DNA of 64,000 nucleotides from Candidatus Woesearchaeota archaeon (lineage in GTDB: Archaea > Nanobdellota > Nanobdellia > Woesearchaeales > GW2011-AR4): NCBI GenBank assembly GCA_016185945.1, contig JACPMR010000015.1, forward strand, positions 7,256 to 71,255. The letters are read 5' to 3'. The position numbers were made by a program, and so were the translations under genes. The notes below the pieces were generated by a model that did no database searches, was not told where the DNA came from, and saw nothing but the letters and a program-made list of their open reading frames with translations. Of this stretch, positions 27,798 through 36,852 are shown piece after piece; position 1 is the first letter of the stretch, and each line of letters starts with the position of its first letter.

Positions 27798-28868
27798 ATG
27801 AAACTAAAAATCAGAAAGGAAAGGATTTTCTTTGCGCTTACTTTTTTAAGGATAGTGCTTGCTTTTGTAGTGGCTGTTTCCATCTCGCTAAACAGAAGAA
27901 ACATAGCATTGTTTATTTTCATTTTTACGGCATTAGTCGGGTTCTTTGAGAATTTCATATCAAAAAAATACCCTTCGCAATTGCGCTCCATAATGGATTT
28001 TTTTGCCGACAAGCTTCTCGTCAATCTAACAGCGATAACACTTACATTAGGCGGTGTAATCCCCATATGGGCAACTGCGATTATTCTTGCTAGAGACATG
28101 CTTACAATAATCGGAGGCATAATTCTTTTTTACAAAAACTTGAAAAGGGAATTCAAGTCAAGTGTGCTCGGCAAAATAAGCTACTTCTTTCAGATTATGG
28201 CATTGATACAGATTATAATTAACCTGCAGATTGACTGGTATGCGATGTCGGCTGCGTTAGTGCTTACAGTCGCTTCAGGGATTTATGCGCTTGTAAAATC
28301 TGAGTTCAGGTTTACAAGGAAAAAAACCGACCTTGACGAGTTTAGGATATACAATCTAATAAAGTTTGCCGATATATTCACCCTGATGAATGTTGCGCTT
28401 GGGCTTGTAAGCATAGTTTTCGCCATAGACAGCAATTTCGATTATGCTGCTTTTGTGCTGCTCATTGCAGTTGCTTTTGATTATCTCGACGGTAAAATTG
28501 CCAAGTCTATGCAGCAGCAAAATCCATTCGGCAAGGAGCTTGACTCTTTGGCTGATACAGTTTCATTCGGCGTTGCGCCTGCAATATTCGGATTCAGCCT
28601 CATGCAGTTTACCTCAGACATAAGGTATTTTCAAATAACTTTTGGCATGATATCTTTTACGGTTTTCTTGTTCTGCGGTATTCTGAGGCTCGCGAGATAC
28701 AATATAATGGACATCAAAGGCGCATTTCAGGGAATGCCAATCACGCTGAATGGCATCATTATTCCGCTTGCCTACTTCATTGGAGTCCCCATCAAATTCT
28801 ATCCCTACATTTACTTATTGCTCGGGATATTTATGGTTTCTTCATTCAGAATAAAGAAGCTGCCTTAA
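27798..28868 (+). CDS. pssA: Fusion: degenerate PgsA-like domain + PssA (CDP-alcohol:serine phosphatidyltransferase)
   Basis: C-terminal DYLDGKIAK..FGKELDSLADTVSFGVAPA, LRLARYN, FQGMP; N-terminal domain keeps DFFADK but lacks the DG motif. Confidence 0.85.
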   Translation: MKLKIRKERIFFALTFLRIVLAFVVAVSISLNRRNIALFIFIFTALVGFFENFISKKYPSQLRSIMDFFADKLLVNLTAITLTLGGVIPIWATAIILARDMLTIIGGIILFYKNLKREFKSSVLGKISYFFQIMALIQIIINLQIDWYAMSAALVLTVASGIYALVKSEFRFTRKKTDLDEFRIYNLIKFADIFTLMNVALGLVSIVFAIDSNFDYAAFVLLIAVAFDYLDGKIAKSMQQQNPFGKELDSLADTVSFGVAPAIFGFSLMQFTSDIRYFQITFGMISFTVFLFCGILRLARYNIMDIKGAFQGMPITLNGIIIPLAYFIGVPIKFYPYIYLLLGIFMVSSFRIKKLP

Positions 28869-29935
28869 GCAATCGCTGTTTTCTTTAGCGTCTTTTTGGG
28901 CAGCCTCAAAAACTTGAATATATAACCAATCATTGTTAGATACACCATTACGAGTGTTGCTATCATCAAATAAAAGCTGTATCCAAAATTGACATTGTAT
29001 CCAAAACTTATCAAAATAGAGATTATGGTTATATAAGTTAAGCTTACACTTACCCTTGATATAAAAGTTACAGGTACTATTTTTGTTCTCTTGGCATAAG
29101 CCACTTTTAAAGCGCCACTAATCAAAGAAGGCACAACCAGAAACACAAACCATGATGCATCAATGTAATTTTTTATGATAAAAAGAATAAATGTGGCTAT
29201 TATCAGTGTCCAATCTGTAAAAGAGTCTAAGGCGCTTCCAAGTTCTGTCTTCTGGTTCATTAGCCTTGCTGAGATTCCATCAAGCTTGTCAGTCAAGGTT
29301 ATTATTGCAAAAATAAACAAAGATATCTGTATTTTTGAACTCAAGAGGTAGTACCCAAAAGGGGCAATCAGTACAAATCTTGTCAAAGTTATTATGTTTG
29401 GCGTATTAATTACTTTATTGCCTGTCATTTGTCTTATTCTGATTAGGTATTCAAGCCCTGACACGAGGGTAAGAAAAACAGCGCCAAGCATTGCGTACCA
29501 GCTAAATGGCAACTTTAAAAGAACAAACACAATTGCAATGCTTTGCACCACTGTTTTTGCCTTTCCAAATGTGCTCGCTGGCACAACTATCCTGCTTGGC
29601 AATAGGTAAATTCGTATTGCGGTTATTATTATTTCCCTAACAATAATTGCAACAGCCATCCACAGCTCAACGCCCTTGCCGATTAGGAATATTAATGCCG
29701 TTGAAATCAGCAGCTTATCTGCAATCGGATCTATAAGCTTGCCAAATTCAGTAACCTGTTTTTTCTTTCTCGCAAAATATCCGTCCAAAAAATCGGATAC
29801 AGAAAGCAGTCCAAAGATAAATGCCGACAAGATGTTTTTATAAAGTATGTCAGCCAAAAGAATTACCGCAAATAAAGGTATCAAGCCTATCCTGATGATT
29901 GTTATTTTGTTGGGAATGTTGGATTTGAATTGCAT
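28865..29935 (-). CDS. pgsA: Tandem double CDP-alcohol phosphatidyltransferase (PgsA-like x2)
   Basis: PN.IT..R twice; SDFLDGYFAR..FGKLIDPIADK and TDKLDGISAR..LGSALDSFTD. Confidence 0.85.
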   Translation of the reverse strand: MQFKSNIPNKITIIRIGLIPLFAVILLADILYKNILSAFIFGLLSVSDFLDGYFARKKKQVTEFGKLIDPIADKLLISTALIFLIGKGVELWMAVAIIVREIIITAIRIYLLPSRIVVPASTFGKAKTVVQSIAIVFVLLKLPFSWYAMLGAVFLTLVSGLEYLIRIRQMTGNKVINTPNIITLTRFVLIAPFGYYLLSSKIQISLFIFAIITLTDKLDGISARLMNQKTELGSALDSFTDWTLIIATFILFIIKNYIDASWFVFLVVPSLISGALKVAYAKRTKIVPVTFISRVSVSLTYITIISILISFGYNVNFGYSFYLMIATLVMVYLTMIGYIFKFLRLPKKTLKKTAIA

Positions 29936-30026
29936 GTTCTCAGAGTATTCAGTGCCGTTTAAATAATTTTGCAAGGATTAAAATTACAATCTTATTTGGC
30001 AAGCATTCTATAGACTGGAATGATAA

Positions 30027-30719
30027 CTACACTATTATCGTGTAAACCAGCCATCCAAGAAGTATTCCTGGCAAAATGTCGGCAACCTGATGCTGCTTGA
30101 CGAACAGGCAGCTTATTGCAATCAGGAATATAAAAATCAGAGAATAGTAAGACATAACTGGCAGAAGGATTAGCCCTGCGTATGTCGCAACTGAGCAATG
30201 CATGCTTGGGAAGCAATTTCTCCCATTGTCTAGCTTTTGAACGAATTTTAGGAATTTTGTGGATAATGAATTAGCTTTATATTTCCGCCAGCTTGACGGC
30301 ACAGTGCATGGAAACAAAAGGAAACATATTGATTGAAGAAGAAGAAGCAGTAGCCCGCCGAAAATCAGGTTTACGCCTTCCTCTATCGAGTTTATCGAAA
30401 CGGCAACATAACCAATAAGCAAATAATATGAAAAACTGTAAATCCAAATAAATTGCGGCCAAAAGGGTATGTAATCGTCCAATCTTGTTTTCAAGCACCT
30501 TGTCCTAAAAAAGTAATTATTGCGTTGCACCCAAAAAAATATTTGGTAGCTTCCGGTGACAACCACTGCAAGAACCGAAGTAAACACAAGATACTGGTAG
30601 TAAGTCAAGGGCGAGTTGATGAATGTTTTGCCAAAATAGTAGTAAATAAAAGAGAAAGCGATTGTGCCGAGAAATATCAGCAACATATACTTGGGGCTGA
30701 TACCGCTTTTAGCCTTCAT
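30027..30719 (-). CDS. Second PAP2-superfamily membrane phosphotransferase
   Basis: NCFPSMHC, FVKQHQVAD; paralog of 26573-27178. Confidence 0.8.
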   Translation of the reverse strand: MKAKSGISPKYMLLIFLGTIAFSFIYYYFGKTFINSPLTYYQYLVFTSVLAVVVTGSYQIFFWVQRNNYFFRTRCLKTRLDDYIPFWPQFIWIYSFSYYLLIGYVAVSINSIEEGVNLIFGGLLLLLLQSICFLLFPCTVPSSWRKYKANSLSTKFLKFVQKLDNGRNCFPSMHCSVATYAGLILLPVMSYYSLIFIFLIAISCLFVKQHQVADILPGILLGWLVYTIIV

Positions 30720-30762
30720 AAAAGAAAAAATTTTATAATAGCTTAAATAATTTTCTAAAGGA

Positions 30763-31257
30763 ATGTGCAATAAAAAACCTATTTTGCTGATTTTTTTAGT
30801 CATTTTTATGTCAGGGTGCGGCGAAGCTGACAAGGAGAGGATTGCAAAAGAACTTGTTTATAAACATGCAAAAGCGTGGGAAACGGGCAATTATGAGCTT
30901 CTTAATTCCGTATTGCATGACGATGTTGTTTTTGCCTATCCGGGAAGGAGATTGAACAAACAGGAGACACTTGCTGACTTGATTGATTATAACAAGTCAT
31001 TCAGAGACACAAAAATATATATCAACAAGATTATTATCGAGGGTGACAATTTGGCTGTAGAATGGCAGTTTGCATCGACAAATATAAAAACAGGAAACAG
31101 GACTGCAGTCAGCGACGCCATAGTCGGGAAGATTAAAGATGGAAAGTTTGTAGTTTGGAAGGAATACCTTGACGGGCGAGTAAGTAGGATGCAGGCTACT
31201 GGCGAGCTACCTCTTGAAGAAGGGCAGGAGCCATTTCCGTGGCCAAGGAAGAAGTAA
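30763..31257 (+). CDS. NTF2/SnoaL-like lipoprotein
   Basis: Lipobox FMSGC; LHDDVVF..P, IKDGKFVVWKEYLD. Confidence 0.8.
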   Translation: MCNKKPILLIFLVIFMSGCGEADKERIAKELVYKHAKAWETGNYELLNSVLHDDVVFAYPGRRLNKQETLADLIDYNKSFRDTKIYINKIIIEGDNLAVEWQFASTNIKTGNRTAVSDAIVGKIKDGKFVVWKEYLDGRVSRMQATGELPLEEGQEPFPWPRKK

Positions 31258-31258
31258 G

Positions 31259-31894
31259 ATGAAATACGATTTGCATATGCATACTTTTTACTCAAAATGC
31301 AGCAATCTGAAGCCGCAAACTATACTAAAGCTGGCAAAAAAGAAAAAGCTAGACGGGATTGCGATAACAGACCATCATGAGATAAAAGGCGCCTTGGAAG
31401 TAAAAAAACTCAATAAAGACAAAGGCTTTGAAGTGATTGTAGGCGAGGAGATTAGTACAAATTATGGAGATGTTTTAGTTTATTACTTAAACAAAAAAAT
31501 TGACAAAATAGATTTCTATGAAGTCTCTGAAGAGGCAAAACGACAGAATGCGCTGATAACAATAGCCCATCCCTTCAGAACAACTTTGGTGCATAACCAC
31601 AGATTTAAGTTACCATTAGAAAAGGTAAAACATAACATTGATGCGATTGAATGCTTCAACGCAAGAACATTGCCAGGCGACAACAAAAAAGCAAATGAAG
31701 CTGCGGAAAAGCTAAAGGTTGCAAAAACTGGTGGCTCGGACTCACACTTTTTATTTGAAATAGGAACTGCACATACAATTTTTGAAGGCAGTTTAAGGAC
31801 AGCATTAAAAAGAAAGCAAACAAAGATTGCTGGCACAATCATGTTTGGGGCTTTTGGAGGCGTGTTGAGTTACCTGAGGAAAAAAATCTTTTAA
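31259..31894 (+). CDS. PHP-family metal-dependent phosphoesterase
   Basis: DLHMHT, AITDH, IAHPF, GGSDSH. Confidence 0.92.
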   Translation: MKYDLHMHTFYSKCSNLKPQTILKLAKKKKLDGIAITDHHEIKGALEVKKLNKDKGFEVIVGEEISTNYGDVLVYYLNKKIDKIDFYEVSEEAKRQNALITIAHPFRTTLVHNHRFKLPLEKVKHNIDAIECFNARTLPGDNKKANEAAEKLKVAKTGGSDSHFLFEIGTAHTIFEGSLRTALKRKQTKIAGTIMFGAFGGVLSYLRKKIF

Positions 31895-32451
31895 GATAAT
31901 TCATCCCTTAATTCATAAGTACTCTTAAGCAAATCCAGTGTCTGTTTTTTTATGTTTTTTTTATTCTTTATATGAATTAACTTTCCTATGTTTATTGTCG
32001 AGCTAAATGGCTTGCTGGAAAATCTTATGCCCATTGGCAGGATGGGCGTTCTGGTTTCAAGGGCAAGCCTTACAGCCCCTGTCTTTGGATTTTCTTTGCG
32101 GTCCTTTCTTTCCAAAATGCCCTCAGGAAAAATACCCACTATGCCTCCTGATTCGATAACTTTTTTTGCTCCCTGATAAGCTTGCTTGGGGTCAAACAAA
32201 AGGATGGTGCCCGCCCACTTGCTGTAAATTTTAGTTTTAGCAAACCAGAACAATGGCACGGATATAAAATGCACTTTTCTGTTTAATTTACTGATTATAA
32301 GATAACCAACCAATAAATGATCCAAATGATGCTCATGATTTGCTACGACTATAAACGGGGTTTTAGGGGGAACATTCTCTACACCTTTGACTCTTTTTAT
32401 GATTACTCTTAAAAGAGGTAAAAACAGCAATTTGGATATTGGATATACCAT
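31891..32451 (-). CDS. plsC: Lysophospholipid acyltransferase (PlsC-like)
   Basis: ANHEHHLD (HX4D), IFPEG, KTGAVRLAL. Confidence 0.88.
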   Translation of the reverse strand: MVYPISKLLFLPLLRVIIKRVKGVENVPPKTPFIVVANHEHHLDHLLVGYLIISKLNRKVHFISVPLFWFAKTKIYSKWAGTILLFDPKQAYQGAKKVIESGGIVGIFPEGILERKDRKENPKTGAVRLALETRTPILPMGIRFSSKPFSSTINIGKLIHIKNKKNIKKQTLDLLKSTYELRDELS

Positions 32452-32667
32452 TTTTCAGCTTATTATCAAAATAGTTTGTTCTTACAATAACGACAATATA
32501 ATTTCTTGGAGATTGCCATATAAATTTTTAATAAATATTTAAAAGTTGGCATTAGGATAAAATTTTAGCATTATTGGTCCATTAAATTCAGAAAGACTTA
32601 TAAACATTTAAGTATTAGTATTTTTTGAATTGTACATTTTTATAAACTATAGGCTGCTTCCAAAAAT

Positions 32668-33363
32668 ATGATAAGCATTTTAGTACCTACTTATAACGAA
32701 GAGAAGTATCTTCCTAATTTATTGGATTCCATTGAAAAACAAACTTACAAAAATTACGAAATTATTGTAGCAGATGCCAATTCTAAAGACAAAACAAGAC
32801 GTATAGCAAAAAAATACGGATGCAAAGTTGTGAAAGGGGGGCTAACTGCTGTCGGCAGGAATAATGGCGCAAAGGCGGCAAAAGGTGACATACTATTGTT
32901 TTTGGATGCCGATATGCAGTTGCCTGATGAATTTTTTTTGGCTAGAGCCCTTCATGAATTTAAAAGACTAGATCTTGGAGCGCTTGCATGCTGGTATACT
33001 CCGAAAGAAAATAAGTACATTTACAAACTTTATTGGATTGTTGCACATACAATTCGACTCGTGTTGCAGTTCTTTAAGCCATACGGGGCAGCTGCGATTA
33101 TGACTACAAAGAAAATGCATTTTAGAGTAGGAGGATTTATAGAAAAGCCAGCACTAATGGAGGAGCATATTTATGCAAGAAATATATCTAAAATCAAAAA
33201 AGTAAGATTGCTACCATGGATTAGGGTAAGAGTATCAATGCGCAGATTTAAGTCAGAAGGGCTATTTAGTATCATAAAGAAATATTTGATGCTTGAAATT
33301 TATGAGTTATTAAAAAAAGAGCCCACTTATAAGGATTTTGACTATAAATTTGGCAAATTCTGA
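32668..33363 (+). CDS. Family 2 glycosyltransferase
   Basis: PTYNEE, GRNNGA, FLDAD, VSMRRF. Confidence 0.92.
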   Translation: MISILVPTYNEEKYLPNLLDSIEKQTYKNYEIIVADANSKDKTRRIAKKYGCKVVKGGLTAVGRNNGAKAAKGDILLFLDADMQLPDEFFLARALHEFKRLDLGALACWYTPKENKYIYKLYWIVAHTIRLVLQFFKPYGAAAIMTTKKMHFRVGGFIEKPALMEEHIYARNISKIKKVRLLPWIRVRVSMRRFKSEGLFSIIKKYLMLEIYELLKKEPTYKDFDYKFGKF

Positions 33364-33457
33364 TATACTCAAAAGAAGGCAAAAGAATAAGGTAAAGCGG
33401 TTTAATACCATAACATTATGCAAAACTATTTAAATTAATATTTAAAAGTTTTCTCTT

Positions 33458-34006
33458 ATGGCGGAGTCCCTTGTAACATTCTTAGTGAAATGCTTTTATC
33501 TAATGCTTCCAGCATATTTTGCCAATATGGCTCCGGTGATTGTGAAAAAAATCAATTTGCTTGCTTTTCCGATTGATTTTAATAAGCGCATAGGCAATAA
33601 GCCAATATTGGGCAAAAACAAAACCTTTAGGGGCTTGATTTTTGGGGTGATTTTTGCGATAATTGTTGCTTACTTGCAGTTTTTGCTGTATGGGGCAGAG
33701 TTATTTAGGAATTTCTCATTCCTTAATTATCAAAACTGGCTTTTGTTTGGGTTTTTGATGGGATTAGGTGCCTTGGTGGGCGATTTGGCAAAGAGCTTTA
33801 TCAAAAGAAGGCTCGGCTTAAAGCCAAGTGAGAGATTTGTGCCAGTTGACCAGATAGATTTTGTTATTGGAGCTTTAGTTTTTGTAATGCCTTTGCTTGA
33901 GATAACATTCAAGATATTTTTGACATCTTTGATATTAAGTTTTGTACTGGACATTATAATAAACCACATTGCTTTCCACCTGAGAGTAAGAAATGAGAAA
34001 TGGTGA
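33458..34006 (+). CDS. carS: CDP-archaeol synthase
   Basis: PAYFANMAP, GKNKTFRG, GDLAKSFIKRRLG, DQIDF. Confidence 0.93.
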   Translation: MAESLVTFLVKCFYLMLPAYFANMAPVIVKKINLLAFPIDFNKRIGNKPILGKNKTFRGLIFGVIFAIIVAYLQFLLYGAELFRNFSFLNYQNWLLFGFLMGLGALVGDLAKSFIKRRLGLKPSERFVPVDQIDFVIGALVFVMPLLEITFKIFLTSLILSFVLDIIINHIAFHLRVRNEKW

Positions 34007-34474
34007 CTAGACCAAAAATAGAACATTTGCAATCAAAATGAACCCAAGATTATAAAAAATAACCTTATGACCATTCTTTTCTTTTTTGCTGTATACCAAA
34101 GAAGCTGTCGGCAATCCATACAGCAAAATCAAGCTTGACTCTATAATAAATAGGTTTGAATTTTTTGAGCCGAGAAAAAACAAAATTCCCAATAGAGTGT
34201 AAGCGATTATGGTTTTCTTAAATAAATCTGCCATCTTGTATTCGACAAATGCCAAAAATACAAAATAAGCAAGCAGTATAAGCAGGCTAAATTTGTCATT
34301 AAAATAGTAAAACATTGTGAAAATAGAAATCAAAATTAGCAAAATCTCCCTTCCATGCACAAAATATTTTTTCAGTGGCTTTTGCTCTTCCGGAGCTATT
34401 TTCACAAGCGCTATGCCGCTTAACAACCCCAGATATGAGGTTACAGAAGCAAAAAAATAATTTATGAATTGCAT
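34007..34474 (-). CDS. Hypothetical membrane protein
   Basis: Multiple TM segments. Confidence 0.6.
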   Translation of the reverse strand: MQFINYFFASVTSYLGLLSGIALVKIAPEEQKPLKKYFVHGREILLILISIFTMFYYFNDKFSLLILLAYFVFLAFVEYKMADLFKKTIIAYTLLGILFFLGSKNSNLFIIESSLILLYGLPTASLVYSKKEKNGHKVIFYNLGFILIANVLFLV

Positions 34475-34475
34475 C

Positions 34476-34928
34476 TTAAGTCATTCTGTCTATCTTATTT
34501 ATTCTTCTGATGTGCCTTTCTTCGTTTCTGAAATCTGTATTTAGCCATAATTTTACTGCTTTTATTGCTTCGTCTTTTGGCAGAAATCTAGCCCCAAGGG
34601 AGAGTATGTTGGCATTGTTGTGGGTGCGCGAAAGCCTGACAATTTCCATATTGCCTCCGTAATACAAAGCAACCCTTACGCCTTTTACTCTGTTTGCAAC
34701 TATTGCTTCGCCTTGCCCTGATGCACCAAAGATTATGCCTCTGGCATTTTTGTTTTTTGCAACTTCCTTTGCTACAGGCACGATAAAATCAGGGTAATCA
34801 TCCAACTTGTCAAACGAATGCGCGCCCTTGTCAACAACTTCATAGTTATTTTTGATGAGGCATCTTTTGATGTATTCTTTTAATTGAAATCCAGCGTGGT
34901 CTGAGCCAAGAAATATTTTAGGTTTCAT
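34476..34928 (-). CDS. rpiB: Ribose-5-phosphate isomerase B family
   Basis: GSDHAGFQLK, DDYPD, HNNANILSLGAR, RHIRRI; start at ATG 34928. Confidence 0.9.
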   Translation of the reverse strand: MKPKIFLGSDHAGFQLKEYIKRCLIKNNYEVVDKGAHSFDKLDDYPDFIVPVAKEVAKNKNARGIIFGASGQGEAIVANRVKGVRVALYYGGNMEIVRLSRTHNNANILSLGARFLPKDEAIKAVKLWLNTDFRNEERHIRRINKIDRMT

Positions 34929-35024
34929 TACTAATAAATCTAAACTTGTTGCTTTTAAATCTTTCTCAAAATGTTTGAAAATATTAAAAATTCGTTCAAT
35001 AAATACTTCAATAATATATATCAA

Positions 35025-35170
35025 CAATCACGAGAGCTTCCTTTAGAAGTAAGCATGATGAAGGAGACCTGCTTTTGCAGAAGGCACTTTCTATCGCAGC
35101 AATCAAGTGCAGGAAGAAGAGGCTGTGGCTCCCTTACCACAAAAGCAGCTACAGGGAAGCCAGATTTTTG
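35025..35170. repeat. Family-1 element, 146 bp (left arm variant TCCTT/AAGGA)
   Basis: CAATCACGAGAGCTTCCTT-N17-AAGGAGACC, core 35084-35110, GGCTCCCT-N18-AGGGAAGCC. Confidence 0.88.
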
Positions 35171-35198
35171 AATAATAATTAGAAATCTTAATTGACTT

Positions 35199-35465
35199 TT
35201 AATACCAACTGCCTCGCCAAGTTGAGTGCCCCCATTGAATGAGCAAGTCGACTCCCAAGCGCTCTACTTGTAATGGCACGTCACAGGCGCCAAAGCACGA
35301 GCCCATCCATATTACTACATTGGCATTTGTATTTTTCTCTATTGCCTGCTGTATCTCTTTTGCCCTTGGCTTCAAGCCGTCCGGCAGCTGAACGCAGACC
35401 AGCTTTGAGTTTTCCTTGGTGATTCTTTCTATGACTTTGTGAAGTTCAAGGTCGTATGGGTCCAT
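35199..35465 (-). CDS. dph2: Diphthamide synthesis Dph2, N-terminal domain only (88 aa)
   Basis: VQLPDGLK, SCFGACD, LLIQWGHS. Confidence 0.8.
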   Translation of the reverse strand: MDPYDLELHKVIERITKENSKLVCVQLPDGLKPRAKEIQQAIEKNTNANVVIWMGSCFGACDVPLQVERLGVDLLIQWGHSTWRGSWY

Positions 35466-35525
35466 AAGAGTAAGAGAATGGTTAGATAGTTTAAAAATTT
35501 ATTGAGACGGGAGGGAATATAATTT

Positions 35526-35921
35526 TTATCTGCATTTTTTGTATTCGCCAAACAATTCTGGCAGGGTTTTTCCTTCTGGAGATTTTACTGGGATTGTGAT
35601 AACCATTCCAGGTCTTAAAGCACTTGAGGGAAGACAATTTACTTCTATAACATAATCATGCGCCAAGCTATTTGGACCTACAATCCCTTCAATAGTATCT
35701 CCTGACCTAACTCGATACTTTTCTAATGTGTATCGCTCATTTACAGCGCCTGCATTTATATCATATACACTTTCTGTTAAAGCACCATCAAATATCCTAA
35801 CAATATCAACTCCTGAACCATGTAAAATCTCAGCTAATCCTTTTCTTAATCCAGGCTGAGTTGCTAAAGCAGCAGCTGCTAACAAAGTTAGTCCAACTCC
35901 AACTCTTTGTTTATTTACCAT
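35526..35921 (-). CDS. Membrane-anchored LysM-domain protein
   Basis: N-terminal TM; YRVRSGDTIEGI...VNCLPSSALRPGMVITIP. Confidence 0.75.
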   Translation of the reverse strand: MVNKQRVGVGLTLLAAAALATQPGLRKGLAEILHGSGVDIVRIFDGALTESVYDINAGAVNERYTLEKYRVRSGDTIEGIVGPNSLAHDYVIEVNCLPSSALRPGMVITIPVKSPEGKTLPELFGEYKKCR

Positions 35922-35926
35922 TTTTC

Positions 35927-36076
35927 TCACAAAAACATCTCATCCATCTCAAATTCAGACAAGTCCTTCTTATTGAGCAATTTAGCAAAATCCTTATCCT
36001 TCATCTTTTTCCTTTCACTTCTCAAATTTTCAATTTGCTCCATGTCCTCGTCCAAGAATAATTCGTCCATTTCCAT
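35927..36076 (-). CDS. 49-aa charged microprotein (not in ORF track)
   Basis: MEMDELFLDEDMEQIENLRSERKKMKDKDFAKLLNKKDLSEFEMDEMFL*; tightly packed between its neighbours. Confidence 0.55.
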   Translation of the reverse strand: MEMDELFLDEDMEQIENLRSERKKMKDKDFAKLLNKKDLSEFEMDEMFL

Positions 36077-36077
36077 T

Positions 36078-36179
36078 TTAGTATGTTGAGCTGTTATAAT
36101 CCTGGTTCGGAGTGTAATCTACCTGCTTCTCGTTCTTTGCAGAAGGATTGTCCTCTGCTATTGCGCATGCCAAACACAT
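36078..36179 (-). CDS. 33-aa CxxC microprotein (not in ORF track)
   Basis: MCLACAIAEDNPSAKNEKQVDYTPNQDYNSSTY*; G-rich RBS-like run; stop 1 nt before the next ATG. Confidence 0.45.
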   Translation of the reverse strand: MCLACAIAEDNPSAKNEKQVDYTPNQDYNSSTY

Positions 36180-36316
36180 TTTAACCCCCAACTTTTGTAA
36201 TATGTTATTACTTCGTAGTGATATAACTAGTATATAAAGTTTTCGATAAATATAGTAAAATAGATAATTTCAATATAGAAAATAAGTACTATAAACAATT
36301 ATTAAAGTATATCCAA

Positions 36317-36459
36317 CAAAAACAGAAACGACTTTTGTAAGTAGGCATGATAAAAGTAAACCGTTGTGAGTTAAGTGCTATAGTGCTAAGCGTTCAAGCA
36401 CTGCAGCAGTATGCGGGGCACCCATATTACATGGTTGTGAACATGGCGCTGATTGATTG
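36317..36459. repeat. Family-1 element in reverse orientation; core stem carries compensatory changes (GTGCT/AGCAC)
   Basis: Reverse complement: CAATCAATCAGCGCCAT..ATGGGTGCCCCGCATACT..GTGCT-N17-AGCAC..CGGTTTACTTT..AAAAGTCG. Confidence 0.85.
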
Positions 36460-36495
36460 TTCTTATAATTGGTTATTGTGATTAAATTTATTCTA

Positions 36496-36807
36496 TCACT
36501 TAACAGGATGCCTCATATAATGCTTGCAGCTAAAGCAATAATAGATTAATCTATGTTTATGCAACCTAACTCTACAATTAACTCCTGGAACAAGATATTT
36601 GTGGCAGTGCTTGCAGAATCTTTTCTTTAATTGAGAAGGCAGCTTTATCTTGTATTTCATTGCAATCCTTCTTGCAAGTTTTACATATTTGTCAGAAAAC
36701 TTGCTGTCTTCTTTGAATACTTCCTTTGCATGCTGGAACAAGAAATTAATCCTGTTTTTGGCTATTTTAACTTGCTGCGCTGGTTTTTTATAATGTTTGC
36801 GGGGCAT
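36496..36807 (-). CDS. rnp4: RNase P protein component 4 (Rpp21)
   Basis: IAKNRINFLF, YVKLARRIAMK, FCKHC..L.PG.N..VR, CFSC. Confidence 0.93.
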   Translation of the reverse strand: MPRKHYKKPAQQVKIAKNRINFLFQHAKEVFKEDSKFSDKYVKLARRIAMKYKIKLPSQLKKRFCKHCHKYLVPGVNCRVRLHKHRLIYYCFSCKHYMRHPVK

Positions 36808-36852
36808 TTTTATCAAAAGAAATAAAGCTAAATTATAAAGTTTGTCAAATAA

